Shown here piece after piece: positions 18,885-28,926 of a DNA stretch of 64,000 nt. The stretch spans positions 439,763 to 503,762 of the forward strand of contig DTSZ01000001.1 in assembly GCA_012965045.1 (NCBI GenBank), given 5' to 3'. Source of the stretch: Candidatus Saccharimonadota bacterium. Lineage in GTDB: Bacteria > Patescibacteriota > Saccharimonadia > Saccharimonadales > DTSZ01. Each line of letters begins with the position of its first letter. Within the stretch, counting starts at the first letter, position 1. The notes under the pieces are model-generated. The model saw only the letters and a program-made list of their open reading frames with translations. It was not told the DNA's origin and made no database searches. A program made the translations under genes and the position numbers.

Positions 18885-19080
18885 ACAAATTTGAGATGGG
18901 CGGGATGTGGTATAGGTGTGATAGCATGCGCCATCAGTATCTTCATCCCGCCGGTGTTCCGGTGTGCGCTATCGAATTATCGACTTATATCTGCTCTGCC
19001 AAGCACAGAATTTCGTCGTTGCACTTCCAGCTTAGGGGTCGCCCTAAACGGTATATGACCGGTGATTTATATTGTCTCTA

Positions 19081-19344
19081 CTAGGTGGCGTAAACGAGCG
19101 CCGGAAACACTAGCAGCAACCATGTTATGCCGAAGATTCGCATGGTGCGATTCTTCGAAGCATAGCCAACTGCAACCATCCAGGCGCAAGCATAGCCAAA
19201 AGTGACCAGCAATGCTACCTCTGGTACCCCGTCGATGTTTTTCAAAACAACGTATGGTACCCCTAGCAGCACTATTCCCAGTGCTAAACCAGCTAGAATC
19301 GAGTTGATTGCCTCCTCTTTGCTGATTGACTCAGTCATTTTCAC
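19081..19344 (-). CDS. Small membrane protein (87 aa, 2-3 TM)
   Basis: Strong SD AGGAGGTG before the ATG. Hydrophobic helices ILAGLALGIVLLGV, VALLVTFGYACAWMVAVGY and ITWLLLVFPALVY. Confidence 0.65.
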   Translation of the reverse strand: MKMTESISKEEAINSILAGLALGIVLLGVPYVVLKNIDGVPEVALLVTFGYACAWMVAVGYASKNRTMRIFGITWLLLVFPALVYAT

Positions 19345-19421
19345 CTCCTACTATACGGCTCGCAATAAACAAGGGATTTCCTTGAGTGATCTTTTCGATC
19401 GCGAGATGGCAGAAAAGTCCG

Positions 19422-19661
19422 TTACTTCTTGTCTCGTTTGAGGTGGGGGTGAGAAGGATATTCTTCTCTCTTAGTGGTTTCTTTCGGCAAGGACACCTTC
19501 TTGAGACCATTTTCTATTGAATAGAGCATGGTGTGAACGCGCCCTAGTACGGCACTTACTTTTTGCAAGCCTTTATAAAGGATATTCAAATGAACACTTC
19601 CCATTGGTTGTGTAGACAATAAATCAAATGACCCTTCGCGGTGAGCAAAGAATCTCGACAT
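19422..19661 (-). CDS. Possible small protein (79 aa)
   Basis: ORF in backbone orientation just downstream of uvrA. Weak RBS (AAGAGA). No motif. Confidence 0.3.
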   Translation of the reverse strand: MSRFFAHREGSFDLLSTQPMGSVHLNILYKGLQKVSAVLGRVHTMLYSIENGLKKVSLPKETTKREEYPSHPHLKRDKK

Positions 19662-19687
19662 TCTCTTGATGAGAAAGCAGAATTATA

Positions 19688-22498
19688 TTATAACATTTTC
19701 TTCAAATACGTACCAGTATATGAGCCTGATACTTTGGCCACTTCTTCAGGGGTACCGATTGCCACAATCTCGCCTCCACCATCGCCGCCTTCTGGACCGA
19801 GGTCGATAATATGATCAGCCGACTTAACTACGTCAAGATTGTGTTCTATCACCACAATCGAATTACCGCTGTCAACCAGCGCATTAAGCACTTCTAGGAG
19901 TTTTTTAACATCGGCAAAGTGCAAGCCAGTTGTTGGCTCGTCAAGGATATACATAGTTTTGCCGGTTGAGCGTTTAGCAAGTTCGGTCGCCAGTTTTACA
20001 CGCTGCGCCTCACCGCCACTTAAAGTGGTAGCTTGCTGACCGAGCGTAATGTAGCCCAAACCAACACTGTTTAGGGTGTTGAGTTTTTTAGCAATAGTTG
20101 GCACATTAGAAAAGAACTCTAGAGCATCTTCAACCGTCATACTTAGTACGTCGGCAATGGTTTTGTCTTTATAGTGAATCTCAAGCGCTTCGCGGTTATA
20201 GCGCTTACCGCCACATTCGTCACACTTAACATACACATCTGGTAAAAAGTGCATTTCGATTTTTAAAATTCCATCACCACTACAGGTTTCACAGCGGCCG
20301 CCTTTTACGTTAAAGCTAAACCGCCCCGGTTTGTAGCCGCGGATTTTGCTTTCGGGCGTTTTTGCAAAAAGCTCGCGAATTGCCGTAAACATACCGGTGT
20401 AAGTTGCCGGGTTAGACCGTGGGGTTCTACCAATTGGCGACTGGTCAATTACTATTGCTTTGTCTAAGTTGTCGATTCCTTCGATAGTGTCATGTTTGCC
20501 AGCAACAGTATTCGCCCGCTGCAACTGATGGCTTAATGATTTAGCTAGAATGTCATTGACAAGACTGGACTTTCCCGACCCGCTAACACCGCTAACAACT
20601 ACCATTTGGCCAAGCGGAATGTCGACACTAATATTTTGCAGGTTGTGCTCTCTAGCTCCTTTAATTGTAAGTTTTTTACCATTGCCTTTGCGTCGTTTTT
20701 TAGGCGTCGGTATGGACTGTTTGCCGCTTAAATACTGCCCTGTAACACTTGCTTTAACCTTAGCTACTTGGGCAGGTGTACCTTGGGCGATTATCTCACC
20801 ACCGTGAATACCTGCACCGGGACCAATGTCTAGCAGTTCATCGGCCTCTCGAATAGTTTCTTCGTCATGTTCTACCACAATCACGGTGTTACCAAGATCG
20901 CGCAGCCGAACTAAAGTTTTAATAAGCCGAGTGTTGTCACGCTGGTGTAAGCCAATTGATGGTTCGTCCAGCACATACAAAACACCAGTTAGTCCAGACC
21001 CGATCTGGGTTGCCAGACGAATACGCTGAGCCTCGCCGCCACTAAGAGTGTTAGCACTTCGCAGCATTGTTAGATAATTAAGGCCAACATCGCGTAAAAA
21101 TCCAAGCCGAGCTTTAATTTCTTTAAAAATTTGCTTGGCGATCATCTGCTCTTTTTCATTAAGTTTCATGGTTTCGAATAACTGGTAGGCATCGTCAATC
21201 GACAGGTCGCAGATGTCCATAATCGACATGTCTTTAACAGTTACACCGAGTGCCTCTGGCCGTAGGCGGCGACCCTCACAGGCATTACACGGCTTTTCGA
21301 CCATGTATTTTTCAATGTCTTTACGCATAAATTCGCTGTCGGTTTCGGTGTGGCGGCGTTGTAAATTAGGAATAACTCCTTCGTAGGTTGTTTCGTAGCC
21401 GCGGCCGCTGTTAAGTTCTACCCAATACTTGTCATTGCCAGTACCGTATAAAATCTTCTCTAAATCTTCTGACTTTAATTGACTAGCAGGCACATGAATC
21501 GAAAAACCGTGTTTGTCGGCGACTGCTTCGACTTTTTTCATATACCAAGTGTCGACTTTGGCTCGGTTCCACGGACGAATAGCACCTTCGGCGATGGTAA
21601 GTTTTTTATTAGGTACAACCAGCTCTGGGTCAACTTCTAGCTTATTACCTAAGCCAGAACACGTCATACATGCGCCGTGAGGGCTGTTAAAACTAAAGGT
21701 CCGCGGTTCTAATTCTGGAATATACACGTCTGGGTGATCAGCACAGGCAAATTTTTCGCTAAAAATAGATTCGTGATCATCATCAACGTTATGAATTTTC
21801 AATACACCGTCAGCAACCTCAAGCGCCTGTTCTATTGATTCGGTTAGCCGTTGCCGTTGGCTTTCATCATTAACTAGCCGGTCTACCACAATCTCTATTG
21901 TGTGCTTGTAGTTTTTATCTAGGTTCGGCCATTCGTCTAAGTTGTACACAACACCGTCGACGCGAGCACGCACAAAGCCAAGCTTTTTAAATTCTGCTGG
22001 TATGTGTGCAAACTCACCTTTTTTATCAGCCACAACCGGTGCAAGCACCAGTAAGCGAGCGTCTTTGGGTAGGCGCAAAACTGCATCAACAATTTGCTTG
22101 GCTGACTGCTTAGACACTTGATTGCCACATATTGGACAGTGAGGAATCCCAATTCGAGCAAACAACAAACGCAAATAATCATATATTTCAGTAACAGTTG
22201 CGACTGTCGAACGTGGGTTGCGGCTTGCCGACTTCTGGTCGATCGAAATAGCTGGTGATAGGCCATCAATTTGGTCAACATCTGGTTTTTCCATTAGGCC
22301 TAAAAACTGGCGTGCATAACTGCTTAAACTTTCGACATAGCGCCGTTGACCTTCGGCATATATCGTGTCGAAAGCCAAAGATGACTTACCAGAACCACTG
22401 AGCCCAGTGATTACGATAAGCTTATTGCGAGGCAGCTCAAGACTAATATCTTTGAGGTTATGCTCCCGTGCTCCTTGGATTTTTATGACGTCATTCAC
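19688..22498 (-). CDS. uvrA: Excinuclease ABC subunit A
   Basis: Two ABC ATPase modules ([23 protein letters not shown]; LSGGEAQR twice) and zinc-finger Cys clusters. 936 aa. Confidence 0.95.
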   Translation of the reverse strand: MNDVIKIQGAREHNLKDISLELPRNKLIVITGLSGSGKSSLAFDTIYAEGQRRYVESLSSYARQFLGLMEKPDVDQIDGLSPAISIDQKSASRNPRSTVATVTEIYDYLRLLFARIGIPHCPICGNQVSKQSAKQIVDAVLRLPKDARLLVLAPVVADKKGEFAHIPAEFKKLGFVRARVDGVVYNLDEWPNLDKNYKHTIEIVVDRLVNDESQRQRLTESIEQALEVADGVLKIHNVDDDHESIFSEKFACADHPDVYIPELEPRTFSFNSPHGACMTCSGLGNKLEVDPELVVPNKKLTIAEGAIRPWNRAKVDTWYMKKVEAVADKHGFSIHVPASQLKSEDLEKILYGTGNDKYWVELNSGRGYETTYEGVIPNLQRRHTETDSEFMRKDIEKYMVEKPCNACEGRRLRPEALGVTVKDMSIMDICDLSIDDAYQLFETMKLNEKEQMIAKQIFKEIKARLGFLRDVGLNYLTMLRSANTLSGGEAQRIRLATQIGSGLTGVLYVLDEPSIGLHQRDNTRLIKTLVRLRDLGNTVIVVEHDEETIREADELLDIGPGAGIHGGEIIAQGTPAQVAKVKASVTGQYLSGKQSIPTPKKRRKGNGKKLTIKGAREHNLQNISVDIPLGQMVVVSGVSGSGKSSLVNDILAKSLSHQLQRANTVAGKHDTIEGIDNLDKAIVIDQSPIGRTPRSNPATYTGMFTAIRELFAKTPESKIRGYKPGRFSFNVKGGRCETCSGDGILKIEMHFLPDVYVKCDECGGKRYNREALEIHYKDKTIADVLSMTVEDALEFFSNVPTIAKKLNTLNSVGLGYITLGQQATTLSGGEAQRVKLATELAKRSTGKTMYILDEPTTGLHFADVKKLLEVLNALVDSGNSIVVIEHNLDVVKSADHIIDLGPEGGDGGGEIVAIGTPEEVAKVSGSYTGTYLKKML

Positions 22499-22542
22499 AA
22501 GCTTCTACGCTAGCACATTACCCCTGTTTTTTCAATCCTATA

Positions 22543-22836
22543 CTATCGGTATACAAAGATACCAGCGATAACTAATCCGTACATAATAAGCCACACTGAC
22601 TGGCTAATGATCAGTTGCCTAATGTTGTCTGCGATCGCCCACAGCAACACCAAAAATGACATGACTGCATACAAAATCCAGGTGACTTCCGAAACACCTT
22701 CAGCCGATTTGTTGGTAAAAATCTCGATAACTTGCGGAATAGTTAGCAATGGAAAAATAATATTAACTGGATAGGACATTTTATCGAGTAGCTTTTTTTC
22801 TTTTTCGGTACTACGTTTAATACGGATAATGTTCAT
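22543..22836 (-). CDS. SemiSWEET-like PQ-loop membrane protein (97 aa, 3 TM)
   Basis: Three TM helices with a PQ motif in TM1 ([20 protein letters not shown]), the hallmark of bacterial SemiSWEET/PQ-loop proteins. Confidence 0.5.
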   Translation of the reverse strand: MNIIRIKRSTEKEKKLLDKMSYPVNIIFPLLTIPQVIEIFTNKSAEGVSEVTWILYAVMSFLVLLWAIADNIRQLIISQSVWLIMYGLVIAGIFVYR

Positions 22837-22899
22837 GGTTAAGATCTTACCACAGTTATTGTCACTTATTTACTTCTTAGGTTACACTAGGCAAAGTTT

Positions 22900-23715
22900 A
22901 TGAAAGTTGCAATCCAGGGCCAGGCTGGCTCGTACCACGATACTGCTCAGCGTCAGTTTTTTGCTGACGCAACAATTGTTCCAGCTATGTCATTTAGCGG
23001 AGTATTTGACGCAGTTACAAATGACCGGGCTGAATATGGCTTGATTGCAATTGAAAATTCTTTATACGGTTCGATCAATAGGGTATACGACTTATTGCTG
23101 CAACATAAACCATGGGTTTGCGGCGAGGTTTATCTACGGATAGAGCATTGTTTAATATCTAAAAGCAAGCAGGACTTAAAAAACATTACTGCAGTGTATT
23201 CGCAGCATGAGGCCCTAGAACAGTGTCGTGAATTTTTTAGAGAGCACATGCCCACAGTTCAGCTTGTAGAAACCAATGATACTGCTGGGTCTGTGGCGAT
23301 GCTCAAAGACCTCCCGCCAACCGCTGCAGCGGTTGCTAGCCAAGCTGCAGCAACGCTACACAATGCGCATATTATTCATAAAGGCATTGAAACAAATAAG
23401 CAAAACTACACTCGATTTATTGTGTTTCAAAAACAAAAAAACTATGACCTTAGTGGACAGAATAAAACCTCTGTAGTTATCGAACTACCAGAAAAAGCTG
23501 GTGTGCTACACGAAGTTCTTGGACTATTTGCGAAGGCCCAAATAAATCTTAGTAAAATCGAATCCCGTCCCATTGTTGGCAAGGCTTGGCACTACATGTT
23601 TTATTTAGACTTTGACGCAGGTGTAGACGAACCAACTAGTCGCGATGTGTTAGCAAAACTGCAAACACTAACGACGAAGTGCATTATTTTAGGTAGCTAT
23701 AAAAATTCAAGATAA
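22900..23715 (+). CDS. pheA: Prephenate dehydratase with C-terminal ACT domain
   Basis: PDT domain (VAIQGQAGSYHD..., AIENSLYGSI) and an ACT domain ending ESRPIVGKAWHYMFYLDF. Confidence 0.85.
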   Translation: MKVAIQGQAGSYHDTAQRQFFADATIVPAMSFSGVFDAVTNDRAEYGLIAIENSLYGSINRVYDLLLQHKPWVCGEVYLRIEHCLISKSKQDLKNITAVYSQHEALEQCREFFREHMPTVQLVETNDTAGSVAMLKDLPPTAAAVASQAAATLHNAHIIHKGIETNKQNYTRFIVFQKQKNYDLSGQNKTSVVIELPEKAGVLHEVLGLFAKAQINLSKIESRPIVGKAWHYMFYLDFDAGVDEPTSRDVLAKLQTLTTKCIILGSYKNSR

Positions 23716-23717
23716 TA

Positions 23718-24307
23718 ATCACGACATAGGTTTCAAGCTGGGTTTTTTGTGCTAGCTTTCGCTAACGCCAGCTCGGTGGTACGGTCTCGCCCAAGTGTAT
23801 AGCATGGCTAATGCCCTTGTGCTTGGATCCCCGTTCATGCTGCCACCCCAACATTAAAAATCTGCTGTCCTTCAGCTATGCTGGATTTTTGTCCGAATCT
23901 CATCGATCCGACCTTGCAGCTCGTGGCACCTCTTGCAAGACACTTCATACCTGGCAAACAGCCACCTGACCGACTTAAGTCGATCAAACATTGCGTGCCC
24001 ATGATACAAAGGCTTCAGTGCCAAGATCTGTGACAACAACCGCAGGTTGTAGAGCAACCGAGAGGTTACGAATGGCGTGATTACCAAAGCAAAGACAAAA
24101 CCAAAGCCTATCTTTGTTTTGTTGAGAAGATCCACAGTACTCCTTACGTAACTAGGCTTGTGTATGCAAAAAAGCGCAAAAAGCGAGTGCTTTGCTGTCA
24201 TTTTTGCCAAGCGCCCTATTGGACTTACTCAAATGAGCTTTAGCCAGAAGTTGAGTTAAGTTTTAACAATTAAAAATTAGCTCAACTTCTGGCACCTATG
24301 TCGTGAT
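23718..24307. other. Gene-poor segment bounded by a perfect 14-bp inverted repeat, with a 13(+4)-bp hairpin abutting the right repeat
   Basis: ATCACGACATAGGT at 23718-23731 versus ACCTATGTCGTGAT at 24294-24307. GCCAGAAGTTGAG at 24243-24255 pairs with CTCAACTTCTGGC at 24281-24293. Confidence 0.4.
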
Positions 24308-24438
24308 GTGTAACGTTCAACCAATCCTACGATTAGTCAAAAATACTTAACCATTAAAAATACAATAAATCAATGCTAGAGGTTTTTCGTGATAGTTTTC
24401 GTATAGCGTTATTTGGAGGGGCTTAACCGCATAAAGCT

Positions 24439-25041
24439 CTAGGTAGCGTGCTTTTCTGCATCAACCGTACCTGCCACAGACACAGTTTCCGGCAAGTCTT
24501 CGTCTACAAACTCTAGAATCATATCCAGTTGCTCCCCTTGTTTTTTTGTTTCTGGGTGTAGCGCAATTGTTCCAAGAAAAATAGTTGCAACAGGTCTCAC
24601 AATTCTTAGCCCCTCAGGCTCCATAGCTAACTCAGCTGCTGCATAAAATTGGTCAGGGATATTTTCTGCTTCAGCACGGAGAACGTAGCTGCCTGGGATG
24701 TGTTTTCGTGGTCGAACGGCTACCCATTCCAGCTCAATAGCTTCTTCCCCAATATACATATCATCTTGGTCAACTAATTTCTGATATCGTGCAGTAATGC
24801 GTCTTTTAGAATTAGGTTCCATTTTTTTGTCGTCATCCATAAACCCTAAAACCATACGAATGTTTGGAGTGTTTGAAGCTCCTTCAGCTGTTCTGACATA
24901 ATTGAACATAGCCGGTAAAAGATCAACATTGCTTATGCCGGGTAATAATTCCGCGACAGATGAAACGCTTAGTGCGCGGTCGTATGCTACGAATGTTTCA
25001 TCTCTTACATAAAATCTGCCTGTTTCAGCTCCCGCTGCCAT
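24439..25041 (-). CDS. Hypothetical protein (200 aa), last gene of the pheS-pheT operon
   Basis: The ATG directly abuts the pheT stop (25041/25042). No motif recognised. Confidence 0.6.
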   Translation of the reverse strand: MAAGAETGRFYVRDETFVAYDRALSVSSVAELLPGISNVDLLPAMFNYVRTAEGASNTPNIRMVLGFMDDDKKMEPNSKRRITARYQKLVDQDDMYIGEEAIELEWVAVRPRKHIPGSYVLRAEAENIPDQFYAAAELAMEPEGLRIVRPVATIFLGTIALHPETKKQGEQLDMILEFVDEDLPETVSVAGTVDAEKHAT

Positions 25042-27531
25042 TTAAACCTCCTCGAATTTTAGTTCTAAGCTTTCTAGTAGTTGGTCTTTGATAGCAACCG
25101 ACTGGTCGGTAGTTAATGTCGCCTCATACGGCGTTATAGTTATCTTGAAGGTATAATTTACTGTCTGGCTATCATCCTGTTGATAGGCTTCTGTCGCCGT
25201 TATAGCAATGCCAATCTTGTGAGCTTGTGCTATCTCAGTTTGCTTGGTTGCGATTTGGCTTTTGAGCTGACCAAAGCTTATAGAATTAGCGACTTTTAGG
25301 GTTACATCCAACTCTGTTGACGGAAACTTAGACAGTGGCTTGTAGGCTGGGATGGAATCCGCAGCCTTCAATATATCTAATACCGAGATTTCAAATCCGG
25401 CGCTATGCTCTGGTAACTTGAGTTTTTTAGTAACCGAATTTTTATATTCACCAACCATGCCTATCCAGTTATCTGACCCTACAATCATCACAACAGCGCT
25501 ACGGCGTAAGTCAAATGGTGCTGTAATGCTAAGTTCAGGGTCTTTCTTTATCGACTTATATTCAAACTGTAATCCTAGCCTATCGGCAAGCGTGTTCAAA
25601 TACGCCTTAGCCGCATAGAACGCCGCGCCACTGCTTGCTGGCTTTTGGTTGGCGTACGTTAGTGCAAGTGTTTCGATTTCTAGCGGTAAATCACCTTCAA
25701 CTAAATGGTTTTTGTTATGTGTTTTAGCTATCTCAAATAATGCGAATTCTTTGTGCCCAGCCTTAATATTTTGGTGTACATGAGTTAGCAAACTTGGTGT
25801 CAGGCTTAGTCGATACTTTTGTAAATCAGGGCTTAGCGCATTATTCAAAGTGTAGGCTTGGTCAGGGTCTTGGCCGACTATTTCGAGCAGATTTTTGTGA
25901 ACAAAACTATAGGTTAACACTTCGTTAGCACCGGCTTTAGCTAACGCCTCGCGTAGTCGCTTTTTGAAACTAAAAAGCTCAGACCGTTTTTGCGGCTTAG
26001 TAGTGCGGGTTGGCAGTTCTTTGGGTAGATTGTCGTACCCGTATAGCCTACCAACTTCTTCAACAATATCCTCTGGAATATGTATATCGGTTCGCCAGAA
26101 TGGAGCGGTAAATTTCATCATTGAGTCCTCTGTATGAACACTAAATTCTACTGCCTCTAACATTTTTTTAACATGATCTACTTCCAGATTAGAGCCAAGC
26201 CGAGAATTGATAAAATCGACCGAGACTTCGATTTCTGGATTTTGCGATAAATCGGCTTTATTATCTATTACTTTACTTGCAATACTGCCGCTTGCTTCTT
26301 TTGAAATGGCTTCTATGGTCATGTTTAATACTCGGTCATTTTGCCATGGTGACTGACCCTTGCTGTAACGCGTAACGGCATCGGTAAATAGTCCGTGCTC
26401 CATGGAGGTTCGGCGAATAGAATACATATCAAATGTAGCGCATTCTAAAATGATATTTTTGGTATCATCGTCAACTTCAGTATCTGCTCCGCCCATAACA
26501 CCACCAACGCCAATCAGTTGATTTGGAGTAGCTATCATAATTGCTTCAGCTCGGGGTTTAATAATTTTGCCGTTTAGTAAAAGAATTTCTTCGTTCGGTT
26601 TTGGATGTCGAACTTCTATAACTGCTTCTCCGCCGCTAGCTTTAGCGACTTTATCGTAATCAAAAGCGTGCATTGGTTGGCCTGTTAAGTACATGTAGTA
26701 ATTAGTTACGTCGACAATATTGTTTACTGGCTTCAAGCCAACTCTGGCCAAGTAGGTTTGTGTTAAAAAGTTACTCGGCTTGATTTCTACATCGCTCATC
26801 GCCACTGCCATAAAACGTGGGACTAGCTCCAGCAATGTGTTCGTCACAGTAAGCGGCAGTTCGCTCCCTTGTATATCCCAGCTTCCCTCGATCTGCTTGG
26901 CATAATCATCTGGGCTAGTAAATTGATTTCCTAAAATACCGGCTATTTCTCTGGCGACCCCCAACAATCCAAAACAGTCAGGGCGGTGGGTGAACATTTT
27001 GTTCTCAATATCAATTATTACTTCGTCCTTAAGATCAAATAGCTCTGCAAAACTATCACCTGGTTGTGCTTCTTCGGTAATTTCTAAGATTCCATTATGC
27101 TCATCACCAATACCGAGTTCTTTTGCACTCGCTATCATGCCGTTACTTACAACTCCGCGCAATTCTCGTGCCGACAGCACAAACGGTTCCTCGTCAAAAT
27201 ATGTTTGTGGCACGGTCGCTTTTGGCGGGATCCAGGCAATAGACATGCCTGCTTTAACGTTAGGCGCCCCGCACACCACCTCGACTAAGCCGTCTTTTCG
27301 CTCAACGTCTTCAACTTTGCCACCATCATCGAGCAAGCACACGCTTAGCTTGTCGGCATTAGGATGCTTTTCGCAGCTTTTTACTTTGGCAATTACGACA
27401 TTTTCGTACGCGTTGCCAAGGTGAATAACTTCCTCTACTTCGCCAAGCTGACTGCCAATTTTTGCAACTAGTTCATCAACCGAAACATTAATTTCTGTGA
27501 ATTGCTTAACCCAATTTAAACTGATCTTCAT
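25042..27531 (-). CDS. pheT: Phenylalanine--tRNA ligase beta subunit
   Basis: N-terminal tRNA-binding domain (MKISLNWVKQF...VVIAKV...HPNADKL), then B3/4, B5 and C-terminal anticodon-binding-like regions. 829 aa. Confidence 0.95.
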   Translation of the reverse strand: MKISLNWVKQFTEINVSVDELVAKIGSQLGEVEEVIHLGNAYENVVIAKVKSCEKHPNADKLSVCLLDDGGKVEDVERKDGLVEVVCGAPNVKAGMSIAWIPPKATVPQTYFDEEPFVLSARELRGVVSNGMIASAKELGIGDEHNGILEITEEAQPGDSFAELFDLKDEVIIDIENKMFTHRPDCFGLLGVAREIAGILGNQFTSPDDYAKQIEGSWDIQGSELPLTVTNTLLELVPRFMAVAMSDVEIKPSNFLTQTYLARVGLKPVNNIVDVTNYYMYLTGQPMHAFDYDKVAKASGGEAVIEVRHPKPNEEILLLNGKIIKPRAEAIMIATPNQLIGVGGVMGGADTEVDDDTKNIILECATFDMYSIRRTSMEHGLFTDAVTRYSKGQSPWQNDRVLNMTIEAISKEASGSIASKVIDNKADLSQNPEIEVSVDFINSRLGSNLEVDHVKKMLEAVEFSVHTEDSMMKFTAPFWRTDIHIPEDIVEEVGRLYGYDNLPKELPTRTTKPQKRSELFSFKKRLREALAKAGANEVLTYSFVHKNLLEIVGQDPDQAYTLNNALSPDLQKYRLSLTPSLLTHVHQNIKAGHKEFALFEIAKTHNKNHLVEGDLPLEIETLALTYANQKPASSGAAFYAAKAYLNTLADRLGLQFEYKSIKKDPELSITAPFDLRRSAVVMIVGSDNWIGMVGEYKNSVTKKLKLPEHSAGFEISVLDILKAADSIPAYKPLSKFPSTELDVTLKVANSISFGQLKSQIATKQTEIAQAHKIGIAITATEAYQQDDSQTVNYTFKITITPYEATLTTDQSVAIKDQLLESLELKFEEV

Positions 27532-28031
27532 GTGTACTCCTTCAAAAAAGTATCTAAAACTCTAGGCATGGAAGGAACATAGTTTTGTGGATTTTCTTGT
27601 ATGTCTTTTGCTAGTTCTTTAGCATCAATCCATTTAACTTGTTCGACTTCATCTTCTTGAACTGTAAAGTAGTCAATCGGTTTGTCTAAAACCAATGAGA
27701 ACCACTGCAGAAAGTACTTCCGTGGACTTTCAACATACTCTTTTTGTTCTTTTGTAAGAGTTTCATTTTTAAGGCCAATTTCTTCGTCGACCTCTTTATA
27801 GGCATTTTCGTCATACGTCTCTCCCTCATCAAGCGTGCCTGCCATAGCGGGCCCCCAAAGACCTGGGTCTTTCTCTTTTGTGTGCTTTCTTTGAGCCAAC
27901 AACACCTGATTGCTGCTATTCGTAAGCCAGAGTGCAGTGATTCTATAGATGTCTTTTGAATAATCAACCTCAGACCGCTCTTTATGGCCAATCAGATTAT
28001 CATTTTCATCAACTATTTGAATCAAACTCAT
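27528..28031 (-). CDS. NUDIX hydrolase
   Basis: Nudix box GTLDEGETYDENAYKEVDEEIGL. 4-nt overlaps with both neighbours. Confidence 0.8.
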   Translation of the reverse strand: MSLIQIVDENDNLIGHKERSEVDYSKDIYRITALWLTNSSNQVLLAQRKHTKEKDPGLWGPAMAGTLDEGETYDENAYKEVDEEIGLKNETLTKEQKEYVESPRKYFLQWFSLVLDKPIDYFTVQEDEVEQVKWIDAKELAKDIQENPQNYVPSMPRVLDTFLKEYT

Positions 28032-28348
28032 GCCGCAAGCTCCTTCTCTACGCGCTCTTTTAGAGTTTTCATGTTGTTCTTGTAGGTTTTGTCTAGGTCA
28101 ACGTCGAGCTTACTTGCAAGTACTAGTAGCGACCACAAACAGTCAGCCAATTCATGCTCTAATTTCGCTTTTACGTCATCCTTTTTGCGCATACCTTGCT
28201 GTGCCATTACAAGCTTAGAAAGGTCACCAACATCACCAAGAAATCCCATTAAATAGTCTTTAACTTCCCACTGTTTATTGCCTTGCTTTGCATTAAAGCA
28301 CGCATATAAATTAGCTATTTCTTGTGCGACCTGCTGCTGGCTACTCAT
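28028..28348 (-). CDS. MazG-like nucleotide pyrophosphohydrolase (single domain)
   Basis: 106-aa all-helical protein with the pattern E...ELADCLWSLLVLA..LDVDL, typical of small MazG/NTP-PPase proteins. Confidence 0.65.
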   Translation of the reverse strand: MSSQQQVAQEIANLYACFNAKQGNKQWEVKDYLMGFLGDVGDLSKLVMAQQGMRKKDDVKAKLEHELADCLWSLLVLASKLDVDLDKTYKNNMKTLKERVEKELAA

Positions 28349-28869
28349 CGCATAATCTCCTCGAGCAGTTCTGGGAATTTACCGTTTAGAGTTTCGCCTA
28401 GGTGGCCCTGCTCTTTAATGACTAACTTTCCGCCAAATGCACTTTGTAATTCTTGACCTTTTTTGTCGTCGCATCCGTAGGGGTCATTTGTAGAGTTATA
28501 AATATAAAATTCTTTGCAATTTTCTTTAATCTTCTCAGTGTCGTAACTATCCTGTAAGACCACGCTGAATTCTGGGTCAATAACCGACATAAAACCCGCT
28601 ACTAAAAACGACTTCGCGACTTGAACATTAGATCTTTCTAGAATAGACAGAATCAAAGGAACCCCCGCGGAATGGCCAATAAGAACAGTGTCTTGGTCTA
28701 ACTCGATATCTAGTAATTTAAGAGTCTGCTCTACGGGTTCTTTGTTAATGCTGGGCATTGATGGGCTCGCGACTTTCCACCCCTGGTCGATAAGTTGATC
28801 AGCAAGCCAGCCATACCAATGACTTCTTGGATTTAAGCCAGTTCCATGAAAAATAATCGCATTCTTCAT
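28345..28869 (-). CDS. Small alpha/beta serine hydrolase (YdeN/RBBP9-like)
   Basis: 174 aa with nucleophile elbow GHSAG, and a later D and H (NDPYG..., GHLG) consistent with a catalytic triad. Confidence 0.65.
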   Translation of the reverse strand: MKNAIIFHGTGLNPRSHWYGWLADQLIDQGWKVASPSMPSINKEPVEQTLKLLDIELDQDTVLIGHSAGVPLILSILERSNVQVAKSFLVAGFMSVIDPEFSVVLQDSYDTEKIKENCKEFYIYNSTNDPYGCDDKKGQELQSAFGGKLVIKEQGHLGETLNGKFPELLEEIMR

Positions 28870-28926
28870 GCTTTTCGCCTCGTGGTACTGTCTTCTCTAT
28901 CTTCCATCTTCAATCTATCCATCTAT

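Noticed and set aside
18885-19080. Guanidine-I (ykkC) riboswitch, prompted by ACACCGGCGGGAU on the minus strand
   Set aside because: The other conserved blocks (CUAGGGUUCCG, GGUCCGAGAG, GCCCGGGAGA) are missing.
18872-19084. 70-aa plus-strand ORF in the structured intergenic region
   Set aside because: Its Cys/Trp/His-rich composition is implausible. It has no RBS and overlaps both flanking minus-strand genes. The region is dominated by RNA-like hairpins.
23872-24210. 112-aa minus-strand ORF in the 720-bp gap after pheA
   Set aside because: It has a TTG start without an SD, and a terminator-like hairpin sits inside its first codons. Its composition is odd. I keep it as unexplained sequence rather than calling a CDS.
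24243-24293. Integron attC-like site, since GTTGAGT/GCTCAAC match GTTRRRY/RYYYAAC
   Set aside because: The order is inverted relative to attC: the AAC core should be at the 5' end and the GTT core at the 3' end. No integron integrase is nearby.
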